DNA of 64,000 bases, from assembly GCF_002087085.1 (NCBI RefSeq), contig NZ_MWQY01000001.1:1-64000 (forward strand). The letters run 5' to 3'. The notes under the pieces are model-generated. The model searched no databases and was not told the origin of the DNA. It saw only the letters and a list, made by a program, of their open reading frames with translations. Position numbers and translations under genes: made by a program. Shown in pieces: positions 1 to 8,341 of the stretch. Numbering within the stretch: the first letter of the stretch is position 1; each line of letters starts with the position of its first letter.

Positions 1-87
1 CTGGTCGTTCGCTTCGCTCACTGCTCGGCTGTGCGACCCGCCTGGTCGTTCGCTTAGCTCACTGCTCGGCTATGCGGCCCGCCCAGG
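1..87. repeat. 41-bp tandem repeat (2 copies visible, may continue left of the window), REP-like
   Basis: ctggtcgttcgcttcgctcactgctcggctgtgcgacccgc (1-41) vs ctggtcgttcgcttagctcactgctcggctatgcggcccgc (42-82), 3 mismatches, followed by ccagg. Confidence 0.85.
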
Positions 88-195
88 AGTTTCTTAAGCG
101 GTTCAGCACCGACTTCGGATCCTCCTCGGCGCAGTAGCTGATCTTTTTGTAGAACTGGTTGCTCTCGTCGAAGATCAGGGTCTCCGGGCCCATGA
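59..195 (-). pseudogene. Probable 3' remnant of an unidentified gene cut off at an IS end
   Basis: Reads MGPETLIFDESNQFYKKISYCAEEDPKSVLNRLRNSWAGRIAEQ* with mostly G/C-ending codons over the first ~30 codons; the frame abuts the IS3-like end at 196. Confidence 0.4.
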
Positions 196-240
196 TGCAT
201 CCATCCCCACGATTGTGGACACGAAGTAACCCTCTATACT
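196..240 (+). mobile_element. Orphan IS3-family-like left terminal inverted repeat, no transposase
   Basis: TGcatccatccccacgattGTGGACAC resembles IS3-family ends (5'-TG...gtggacac), followed by a -10-like TATACT at 235-240; no transposase ORF follows. Confidence 0.55.
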
Positions 241-487
241 CGGTCCCTCATTTTATAGCATATCTTAGCATTTTTTGACGGGAATTGGGGAATCCTTGCA
301 CGGCCGCGTCCTCCGCACTCAAGGAATTCTTGACGACCCTTTCTGAGAGATGATTCATCGTGATGAGTAATCGCTGATACCGGATTAAAACCGGCCCGGG
401 ATTATCTCCTTGTTTCCGAAGTTCATGGCAGATCCTTCAGGCTCAGCATTCTAATGGGGCCGTGAAATAGGGCGGGGTTTCCCCCGC

Positions 488-1534
488 CTAGGCATATGCG
501 GCAAGGCTCAAGTCCAGCTCTTCCGCTGTAGTTTCCAGATCTTTCCGGATAGCATCGGAGAGCTTTATGCCCTCTGCCTTTGCCTCGAGGGTCTTGAGGT
601 ACTCGATTTCACCGGGCATATAAATCCGGTCGAAGCCTTCCGCCCTGGGGCAGTCGTGGACGGCATGAACATACTCGTTCATGATGGTGTAAAACTCCTC
701 CACCTTCATGAAGGCTTCGATCTTTATGCCTCCGAAAACATGGCCGATTCTCTGGGGTGTATCGAGTCCGCTGTACAGGTGCCCCACATCGGTAAGCCAC
801 TTGGAGCCGGACAGCACTCCGCAGAGTATGTCGATTATCAGTGCCAGCCCGGAGCCTTTGGGGCCGCCCATGGGGCTCAGGAGTCCCTGCAGGGCCGCTT
901 CCGGGTCCCTGGTCTCCCGGCCTTCTTTATCCAGCGCCCATCCCTGGGGAAGTTCCCTTCCCGCCTGGGCTGCCAGCAGAATCTTGCCCCGGGCCACCAG
1001 GCTGCTGGCCATATCGACAACCAGGGGCAGTCCGTTTCCCGTGGGTACGGCTATGGAGAGGGGACTGGTCCCCACCATCGCTTTCTTTCCGCCCCAGGGG
1101 GCCATGGTGGGATTGGCATTGCTCATGGCAAAGCCGATGATTCCCCGATCCAGGCCCTTCATGGAGTAATAAGCGGTTACTCCGAAATGGTTCGAGTTAC
1201 CCACCGCTGCCAGACCGATCCCGTTTTCCAGAGCGTTCTGTACCGCCGTCTCGGCGCCGAAGTGTCCCGCAACGGGACCCATGGCGTTCTCACCGTCGAT
1301 TCTGCAGATACCGCCGGTTCTGGAAACGATTTTCGGATCGGCGGCGGGGTTGATTCCCCCCGCCTTGATACGTTGTACGTAAATCGGAAGTTTCGAAACG
1401 CCGTGGGATTCTATGCCCCGGGAATCAGCAAAGACCAGGACCTCCGCGGCGTTCCGTGCCTTGTCTTCGGTAACCCCGACCCGTGTGAGGACCGCGGTGA
1501 CAAACTCTTTCAGTCTATCCTCTTGAACATGCAT
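488..1534 (-). CDS. Ldh_2 family (type 2 malate/L-lactate dehydrogenase-like) oxidoreductase
   Basis: ADSRGIESHG, NSNHFG, DMASS, GGPKGSGL and MPGE motifs typical of the Ldh_2 family. Confidence 0.9.
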   Translation of the reverse strand: MHVQEDRLKEFVTAVLTRVGVTEDKARNAAEVLVFADSRGIESHGVSKLPIYVQRIKAGGINPAADPKIVSRTGGICRIDGENAMGPVAGHFGAETAVQNALENGIGLAAVGNSNHFGVTAYYSMKGLDRGIIGFAMSNANPTMAPWGGKKAMVGTSPLSIAVPTGNGLPLVVDMASSLVARGKILLAAQAGRELPQGWALDKEGRETRDPEAALQGLLSPMGGPKGSGLALIIDILCGVLSGSKWLTDVGHLYSGLDTPQRIGHVFGGIKIEAFMKVEEFYTIMNEYVHAVHDCPRAEGFDRIYMPGEIEYLKTLEAKAEGIKLSDAIRKDLETTAEELDLSLAAYA

Positions 1535-1559
1535 TTATTCACTCCGATATTTTTATCGT

Positions 1560-2447
1560 TTAGAGCAGTTCCATTCCTTTCAGGATCTTCTTCAGCTGCT
1601 CCTTCTCGTCGGAGCTCATGGGGCCGACGGGTTCGAAGCAGGGTCCTGCCTCTATTCCCAGAAGCTCCAGGGCTTCCTTGATGACCGTCGGGAAGGTCCC
1701 CAGACTGAAGGCAATACGCAGGGGCGCCAGACGGAACTGGGCCTCCAGGGAGCCTTTGATGTCGCCTGCCACATACTTGTCGTAGATGTCCGCACAGATC
1801 CGGGGGGCAACGTTGGCACAGGCTGCAACTGCACCGGCACCACCGTAACAGAGGTTGGCATGAATCAGGGTGTCCCGGCCGATCATTACATCGAAGTCCA
1901 TATCCCGGGTAAGGCGGATATTCTCGGCGGTGTTCGTCATGTCCCCGGAGGAGTCCTTGATCCCAATAATATTCTTGATCTTTGCGAGTTCCACCACCGA
2001 ACCGGGCTGCAGGGCTACGTGGGTCTTGGGCCTGTTGTCGTAGAGCAGAATCGGCAGATCGGTGCTTGCCGCAACATCGGTAAAATGCTTGATCAGCTGC
2101 TGCTGGTTAGGGCTGATAAACAGAGGGGTAAGAACAGAGAGGGCATCCACACCGACTTCCTGGGCGATCTGGGCCAGTTCGATACTTCCCCGGGTGGTTA
2201 TGTGGTTGGCCCCGGCATAGACCGGAACCCGTCCGGCAACCTGATCCTTGGTTACCTCCAGAATCATCCGGTACTCGTCATTGGACAGACAGTAGAACTC
2301 ACCGGTTGTTCCAATGGCGAATATTCCGTGAACGCCTCCGTCAAGCAGAAAATCGATCAGCTTGCGAAGGGCTTTCTCGTTCACCTTGCCGTCTTTTGTC
2401 AGGGGGGTGATCATTGCGGGCAGTACGCCCTTGGGAGCAAAATTCAT
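1560..2447 (-). CDS. Dihydrodipicolinate synthase (DapA/NanA) family class I aldolase/dehydratase
   Basis: GVLPAMITP, GTTGE and GIKDSSG (Schiff-base Lys); start placed at ATG 2447, 6 nt after AGGAG. Confidence 0.88.
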   Translation of the reverse strand: MNFAPKGVLPAMITPLTKDGKVNEKALRKLIDFLLDGGVHGIFAIGTTGEFYCLSNDEYRMILEVTKDQVAGRVPVYAGANHITTRGSIELAQIAQEVGVDALSVLTPLFISPNQQQLIKHFTDVAASTDLPILLYDNRPKTHVALQPGSVVELAKIKNIIGIKDSSGDMTNTAENIRLTRDMDFDVMIGRDTLIHANLCYGGAGAVAACANVAPRICADIYDKYVAGDIKGSLEAQFRLAPLRIAFSLGTFPTVIKEALELLGIEAGPCFEPVGPMSSDEKEQLKKILKGMELL

Positions 2448-2519
2448 ACTCATCTCCTGTGTGCAGAGCCGCCTGCGGGCCTGCAAAAAAGTATTGCTTA
2501 TAATGAAAAATTATGAAAT

Positions 2520-2549
2520 ATTATGTCTGATGCATCAGGCATCTGTCAA
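2520..2549 (-). promoter_or_regulatory. sigma70 promoter of the DapA-like/Ldh operon with a palindromic operator in the spacer
   Basis: Minus strand TTGACA-18nt-CATAAT; dyad ATGtCTGATGCATCAGgCAT at 2523-2542. Confidence 0.65.
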
Positions 2550-2651
2550 TTGTTTTGCATCGACTTTTTCGTTGTTTCCTTATCCCGCATCGTATATCAT
2601 TGAAAGGAACCGCAGGAAACGCGCAGCAGACGGGGACGGAGATCATTACCT

Positions 2652-3341
2652 ATGGAAAAACAGGATACAGCACTTACGGCAGTTAACGATCAGTTCAGGT
2701 CCCTGAGTGAGACGGTTTACAGTAAAATCCGGGAAGCCATTCTTGCACGGGAACTTGAGCCGGGGGAACGCTTGAGCGAGCGGATGCTGGTGGATAAGCT
2801 GGGGGTGAGTTCAACCACGGTAAAACGGGCCCTCCAGCAGCTTCAGGCCGAAGGCCTGGTGGAAATACAGCCCCGGAAGGGTACCTACGTGGTGGAGAGT
2901 TTCCCCGCCATGGAAGAGAACACCGTTATGCGGGCCTCCCTGGAAGGGCTGGCCGCCCGCTTTGCCGCTTCCAAGGCAACAGATGAGGATCTGCAGGAGA
3001 TGCGGGAACAGATAGTGGAAATGCGCCGCAGAACCGAAAAAGATACCCAGCAGAATATAAGCGAAGCGAACGCACGGTTTCATTCCCTGGTCCATCGGGC
3101 CTCCTATAACCCCTATGTCGGGCGCCTGATCGATGTTCTCAGAAATTTTGACCGCGATCTGCGTCATCAGGCCCTCTCTGATCATGAAGAAGCTGTCCGG
3201 GGGCTGAAGGACCATATCTCGGTCTTCGAGGCTATCGAAGCCCGGGACGGCGACCTGGCGGAGGAGCGGATGCGCCGGCATATCTTAAGGACCCTGGAGT
3301 TTGTAAAGACCGGGATGAAAAAGGGCGGAAAAAAATTCTAG
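2652..3341 (+). CDS. GntR family transcriptional regulator (wHTH + FCD domain)
   Basis: PGERLSER...LGVSSTTVKRALQQLQAEGLV...PRKGTYV helix-turn-helix; FCD motifs (NARFH, DH...EAIEARD...AEERMRRHI). Confidence 0.92.
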   Translation: MEKQDTALTAVNDQFRSLSETVYSKIREAILARELEPGERLSERMLVDKLGVSSTTVKRALQQLQAEGLVEIQPRKGTYVVESFPAMEENTVMRASLEGLAARFAASKATDEDLQEMREQIVEMRRRTEKDTQQNISEANARFHSLVHRASYNPYVGRLIDVLRNFDRDLRHQALSDHEEAVRGLKDHISVFEAIEARDGDLAEERMRRHILRTLEFVKTGMKKGGKKF

Positions 3342-3459
3342 AAGCTTCCCCGGGGCTGAACCGTATTTCTACCCCCCGATTCGAGGCACAGCGGCATATT
3401 TCTCTTTTCTGCAAAAGATTAGTATTTTAGGCAGGCATGCTGTTCATAAGGAGGAATAT

Positions 3460-3669
3460 ATGAAACTCAGTGCACGCAATCAGATCAAAGGCAAGGTGCT
3501 TAAAGTTACCAGGGGGGCAGTCAACTCCGAGGTAATCCTGGAAATCCCCGGAGGAGCCCAGATTGTCTCGATCATAACCAATAGTTCCGCCGAAAGCCTG
3601 GGGCTGGCGGAAGGAAAGACAGCCTACGCGGTAATCAAGGCCTCCAATGTCATGGTGGCGGTGGATTAA
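3460..3669 (+). CDS. Molybdate-binding Mop/TOBE domain protein
   Basis: MKLSARNQIKG...SIIT..S...LGL..G...YAVIKASNVMV is the classic Mop signature; AGGAGG RBS. Confidence 0.92.
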   Translation: MKLSARNQIKGKVLKVTRGAVNSEVILEIPGGAQIVSIITNSSAESLGLAEGKTAYAVIKASNVMVAVD

Positions 3670-3834
3670 AATCCATTGAGGTCCATGGGCCCGGTTCGGT
3701 CCTGTTCCGGGCCCAGGTTTTCCGGAATTGCCGTACTGAGTGTCCGGAGATTCCCGCTCCCCGACGGAGGTTTCCATCTTCCCCGGACTTTTCCTGAAAG
3801 TGTGCCCCGAAGACCTTTGACCCGACGTCTCTAT

Positions 3835-3945
3835 CTATGCCTGCTCCCTTTTGTTCTTTTTTTCGTTCTTCTCTTTACGCTTCTCTTTCTGGGTTTTCAG
3901 CGGTTTCTTCTTGCTGTCCTTGTGTGTGTTTCTTTCTTTTCCCAT
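3835..3945 (-). CDS. Small, very basic protein (36 aa) of unknown function
   Basis: MGKERNTHKDSKKKPLKTQKEKRKEKNEKKNKREQA, with AAGGAG 6 nt upstream of the ATG. Confidence 0.6.
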   Translation of the reverse strand: MGKERNTHKDSKKKPLKTQKEKRKEKNEKKNKREQA

Positions 3946-4259
3946 GAGTGGCTCCTTGTCGCCGTCAACTTTCCTTACGAATGGACCGGTCAGGGCTTCT
4001 GCACATGAAGCGGCTAAGTACATCACCGGTCAGTATAAGATACTTCCCTGGGCCGACTTAATCCAGGCATTTTGAAAAAACCTGATAAATTAGGGTCTTG
4101 ACGAAACATAGCGCCGATACCTCAGGTACCTGGGACCGTATTCGGAGGGATTTCTGCTTTTTCCCCGGAGATACGCCCGTGGGAACCTGCCCCGTCCGTT
4201 TCCTTTACGGCGGAATCGATACCCTTTGCCCTGGTCAGGGCTCCCGGAGCTCAGCCCGC

Positions 4260-4450
4260 TGCCGGAGAGGGCTTCGTAGTTCCCTTGTCCTTTACCGATG
4301 ATAATATCGGCGCTGTTCAGGAGTTCCCGAAACCCCGGGCTCAGGAACTTCGGTACCGCCCCCGGGGCGGGGAAGCCGCTGGAGGCCACCTCGCAGAGCC
4401 TGTCCATTCCGTGGCACGGGCATCCTCCATGGTGACATCGTTGATGATCC
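4260..4450 (-). pseudogene. Frameshifted fragment of a DUF89/ARMT1-like damage-control phosphatase
   Basis: IINDVTMEDARAT in one frame, then GMDRLCEV...SADIIIGKGQGNYEALS in another (shift near 4410); N-terminal part absent. Confidence 0.7.
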
Positions 4451-4643
4451 GGTAAATCGGAACCGCGTTCTCCGGGGGGGAGGCATTCCTTGATAACAGG
4501 GGTATCAGGCGGGAAACCCCGGTTGCGTACGAAAGCAGATGGAATCAAAAGGCATTCCCCACCCTGACAATATGTATCCCGACGGGACTATCCGAGAAGG
4601 ACTTTCCTGAATCGGGCTTCCCGGAGATCCGACAATAAGAATG

Positions 4644-5027
4644 TTACTTCCTGATTATCTCTTTCTCGATTTTCCGCATCCGCTTGTTCATTTCATTCAC
4701 CCGGAACTCCAGACTGTTGAGGATCCAGAACTGGAAATGATTGAATTTATGCTGGGAATGAATCATCCAGACAATCTTGATCGAAACCAGAAGTACGCTG
4801 ATCTCGATGGATACAAAGGCAGGCAGAAAATGGGTCGTAAGCTCCAGAACAAAGAAAACCAGAATCACAAAGAGGAAAAGGCCGTTGATTATATTGTCCC
4901 GGTGGGAATAGTCCTTTCCCCCGATCTTGCCCAGGAGTGAGCGGATGCGTTCCTTCTCCCGGTTGAACTCTTCCAGGTCCTCGAGGAGTTCCTTTTCCCG
5001 TGCCGCCAGATCGTCCATATGTGTCAT
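4644..5027 (-). CDS. Hypothetical small membrane protein (2 TM, coiled-coil flanks)
   Basis: Two hydrophobic segments between charged helices; start 5027 preceded by TGGACA-17-TACAAT. Confidence 0.75.
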   Translation of the reverse strand: MTHMDDLAAREKELLEDLEEFNREKERIRSLLGKIGGKDYSHRDNIINGLFLFVILVFFVLELTTHFLPAFVSIEISVLLVSIKIVWMIHSQHKFNHFQFWILNSLEFRVNEMNKRMRKIEKEIIRK

Positions 5028-5135
5028 GGGTCTATTGTAGGGGCGGATTCCCCTGCTGTCCATTCTGAACCTGTATTTTTCCTGTTTTCCCCCGGAGGAT
5101 AAATATGTATACTGTGCGCTACGGAGGCACACCCC

Positions 5136-6512
5136 ATGGCGAAACTATGGCAGAAGGACTACTCTCTTGATTCCCTGATCGAAAGCTTTACCGTCGGCAG
5201 GGATTATCTTCTTGACATGGAGCTTCTTCCGGCGGACTGCACCGCAAGTCTTGCCCACGCAAGCATGCTTGCAACCGTCGGCCTTCTGTCGGACAGCGAG
5301 CTCTCTTCTCTTTCCCGGGGGATCCGGTCGGTACTGGATGAATATGGATCCGGGGAGTATAGAATAGAAAAGAGCGACGAGGACGGCCATACCGCTCTGG
5401 AAAACCGTCTTGTGGCCCTCTGCGGAGAGGCGGGCAAGAAGATCCACACCGGGCGCAGCAGGAACGATCAGGTCATCACTGCCCTCAGGCTCTACTCCCG
5501 GGCATTCCTGTCCGAAGCGGTCCTCGCGGGGATCGACACGGTGGATGCCCTGTTGAAACTCGCCCGGGAACATGAAAAGACTCCCATGCCCGGACGAACC
5601 CACATGCAGATTGCCATGCCCTCCTCAGTTGGGCTCTGGGCGGCTGCCTATGCCGAAGAGCTTCTCGACGCTCTCAGGCAGCTTCTCTCCATCGACGCAG
5701 TTCTGGACCAGTCACCCCTGGGCTCTGCGGCCTCCTACGGGGTTCCCCTGCCTCTGGACCGTGAGCTGACCGCCGAACTCATGGGTTTTTCCGGAGTTCA
5801 GAACAATGTTCTTTATGTGAACAACTCCCGGGGGAAATTCGAGTCCTACCTGCTGGATGCATGTGAGCAGATCGGTCTGACCTTGAGCAAGATGGCCCAG
5901 GACCTGATTCTCTTTTCCCTGCCGGAGTTCGGATACTTCTCCCTGCCCCGGGAGCTCTGCTCCGGGTCCAGTATCATGCCCCAGAAGAAGAACCCCGATG
6001 GTCTCGAACTCATGCGGGCAAAATCGGCGACCCTCTCATCCTACGCATCCCAGGTAAAAGGGATCCTGCGTTCCCTTCCCTCGGGCTATAACCGGGATTT
6101 CCAGGAGACCAAGGAACCCTTTCTGCGGGGAGCCCGGCTGTGCATTCAGATGCTGCGGGTCAGCACACTGACCATATCGAAGCTCGAGGTCAACAAAGAG
6201 GCCTTAAAGCGGGGTTTCACTCCTGAGATCTACGCCACGGATGTGGCACTGGAGATGGCGGCAAAGGGAAAGAGTTTCCGCGACGCCTACCGGGAGGTAG
6301 GTACAGCCCTGGAGAAGGTGAAGGACCGGGATCCCGGGGAGTCTCTCAAGCAGCGCAGCTCAACAGGGTCTCCGGGAAACCTGAACCTCTCTTTCGCCGC
6401 CACCCGTGCGGCGGAGATCGCCTCCCATGCCCGTGCCCTGGGAGAATCCCTGGCTGCTTCAGCCTCTGACCTCGTCGGCCGTGAGGTCCCGCTCTTTCCG
6501 CCTCTGCCGTGA
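5136..6512 (+). CDS. argH: Argininosuccinate lyase
   Basis: KIHTGRSRNDQ, MPGRTHMQIA, GSSIMPQKKNPD and LPSGYNRDFQETK motifs. Confidence 0.95.
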   Translation: MAKLWQKDYSLDSLIESFTVGRDYLLDMELLPADCTASLAHASMLATVGLLSDSELSSLSRGIRSVLDEYGSGEYRIEKSDEDGHTALENRLVALCGEAGKKIHTGRSRNDQVITALRLYSRAFLSEAVLAGIDTVDALLKLAREHEKTPMPGRTHMQIAMPSSVGLWAAAYAEELLDALRQLLSIDAVLDQSPLGSAASYGVPLPLDRELTAELMGFSGVQNNVLYVNNSRGKFESYLLDACEQIGLTLSKMAQDLILFSLPEFGYFSLPRELCSGSSIMPQKKNPDGLELMRAKSATLSSYASQVKGILRSLPSGYNRDFQETKEPFLRGARLCIQMLRVSTLTISKLEVNKEALKRGFTPEIYATDVALEMAAKGKSFRDAYREVGTALEKVKDRDPGESLKQRSSTGSPGNLNLSFAATRAAEIASHARALGESLAASASDLVGREVPLFPPLP

Positions 6513-7343
6513 TTCCGCCAGGGTCCGCAGGGCCCCGGCGGCTACGAGTCCGAGGAAGGTAATAAAAAACGGGGAGGCCAGCAGCAGGGAATCGGGAATT
6601 CCCGTCATTCCCTGGAGTACCGTTGCAGTGGCGTTGGCTGCAGAGAAGAGGAGCACCGTGGCCAGCAGGCCCAGGGGACTTTTCCCGGCGATATAGAGGG
6701 CAACCAGGGCAATCCAGCCGCGTCCGCCGGTCATGTTCGGTACGTAGGCTCCAATGTCCAGGGCCAACAGGGCGCCTGCAGCACCGCAGCCGATTCCGGA
6801 TAGCACCAGGGTTTGAAGGCGCACCATTTTTACCGGGTGTCCCAGATTCTCCAGGGTCTCCGGAGCCTCTCCAGCTGCGATGACCCTGTGTCCCCAGCGG
6901 GTCTTGCTCATAATCAGCATCAGGGCGGTAAAGGCGAATCCGGCTGCAAGTACGGGGATGATGCCGTGGTCCGGCGGAAAGGTTCTGGAGGTATTCAGGA
7001 TTGCGGGTCGCAGCACCCCTTTTGTGCCGAAGGCCATCTGGGAAGCGATGCCAAGAAAGCCTGCGGCAGCAAGGTTGAGTCCCAGACCGCTTAAGAAGAT
7101 GTTCGCTTCCAGTCTCAGCACCGTCCACGCAAAGAAGGCGGCAGCCATGGCGCCCGCAAGGCTGCCTGCCAGAACTCCCATCAGCCAGAAGCCCGATGCG
7201 GCTGCAGCTATAAAACCGAAGAAGGCGCCCAGGGCCATGAGTCCCTCCAGCCCTATGTTCAGGATGCCTGCCCGGAAGGGGAGGTATCCGGCAACGGCGG
7301 CAAGAATCAGCGGAGCGGCTATGGAAAGAACCGAATTCAGCAT
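6459..7343 (-). CDS. ABC transporter permease (BPD_transp_2), probable riboflavin importer RfuD-like
   Basis: GILNIGLEGLM and GRGWIALVA motifs; last gene of the FMN-riboswitch operon. Confidence 0.85.
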   Translation of the reverse strand: MLNSVLSIAAPLILAAVAGYLPFRAGILNIGLEGLMALGAFFGFIAAAASGFWLMGVLAGSLAGAMAAAFFAWTVLRLEANIFLSGLGLNLAAAGFLGIASQMAFGTKGVLRPAILNTSRTFPPDHGIIPVLAAGFAFTALMLIMSKTRWGHRVIAAGEAPETLENLGHPVKMVRLQTLVLSGIGCGAAGALLALDIGAYVPNMTGGRGWIALVALYIAGKSPLGLLATVLLFSAANATATVLQGMTGIPDSLLLASPFFITFLGLVAAGALRTLAESRQRRKERDLTADEVRG

Positions 7344-7345
7344 GC

Positions 7346-8341
7346 TTATTCCCCTTTTCCGGCTTCACCGGCGGTAATGGCGATGAACACGGCGGCCTGG
7401 AGGAGCAGTCCCATCTCGTTGGAGATTCCGGAGGCCATTACCGCTGCGGAGAGTCCCTGGGTGAGGTAGGCGAAAAAGAGCGCCGCCGGCAGTATAAGGG
7501 CCGGACGGTAACGGGCTATCAGGGCCACGGCGATTCCGTTCCAGCCGATGCCTCCGGTACCCCCCTGTACAGCGGCCCCATAGACCCCAAGGCTCATCAG
7601 GGCTCCGGCGAGTCCGCACAGCGCCCCGGATATACTCATACCTCCGCTGCGGTAACGGGAGACGCGGATTCCCGAGAGGGATGCAAAACGGGGATTCGCG
7701 CCGCTCAGCCTGAGTTCATAGCCCATAAGGGTATAGCGGCTCAGAAACCACCACAGCAGGGCTGCCCCAAGGGCCAGAAATATGCCGCTGGTCAGCTGTG
7801 AAGGAGGAAGCAGTCGGACCAGGCGGAATCCCTCCGCTATCTTCGGGGTTGACAGCAGGTAGCTGTCCGGGTCCCGCAGGGGCACCGCTATAAGGTAGTC
7901 TATTATCGGGATCACGGCTCCCGCGGCCAGATAGGAGGAGATAAGCTCGTCGGTCCCTATTTTTTCCCGCATGATGCCGGAAAGCCAGCCCATGGCGCTG
8001 CCGCCGAAGGCCCCCGCCGCAAGACCCAGAGGTATCATCAGGGCCGGGGGTGCCCCGGGCAGGGCAAGCAGCAGCAGTACCGGCAGCAGGGATCCGAGGT
8101 AAGCCTGCCCCTCTCCCCCCAGATTGAAGGAGCCCGAGGTCATGGCCACGGCTATGCCCGCACCGCTCAGGGTAAGGATTCCTGCGGTGGCCATAAGGTT
8201 ACCGAAGGCGAAGGGAGTCCTCAGGGGATCGGTAAAAAGGTCTGTCAGGGCTTCCAGGGGTTTTGGGCTGACGTAGAGCACCAGCCCCAGGAGAAGGAGA
8301 ATCCCTCCGCTTATAACCAGAATCCGTCTGTTCTTTGTCAC
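7346..8341 (-). CDS. ABC transporter permease, probable riboflavin importer RfuC-like
   Basis: FNLGGEGQAYLG, GYELRLSGANPRFA and GWNGIAVALI motifs. Confidence 0.85.
   Translation of the reverse strand: MTKNRRILVISGGILLLLGLVLYVSPKPLEALTDLFTDPLRTPFAFGNLMATAGILTLSGAGIAVAMTSGSFNLGGEGQAYLGSLLPVLLLLALPGAPPALMIPLGLAAGAFGGSAMGWLSGIMREKIGTDELISSYLAAGAVIPIIDYLIAVPLRDPDSYLLSTPKIAEGFRLVRLLPPSQLTSGIFLALGAALLWWFLSRYTLMGYELRLSGANPRFASLSGIRVSRYRSGGMSISGALCGLAGALMSLGVYGAAVQGGTGGIGWNGIAVALIARYRPALILPAALFFAYLTQGLSAAVMASGISNEMGLLLQAAVFIAITAGEAGKGE

Noticed and set aside
1..87. CRISPR array or complete integron attC site
   Set aside because: No spacers between units; no clear RYYYAAC/GTTRRRY core pair or integrase in view
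1560..2447. Assigning the gene symbol dapA
   Set aside because: Substrate-binding motif differs and the context is catabolic; only a family-level call is supported
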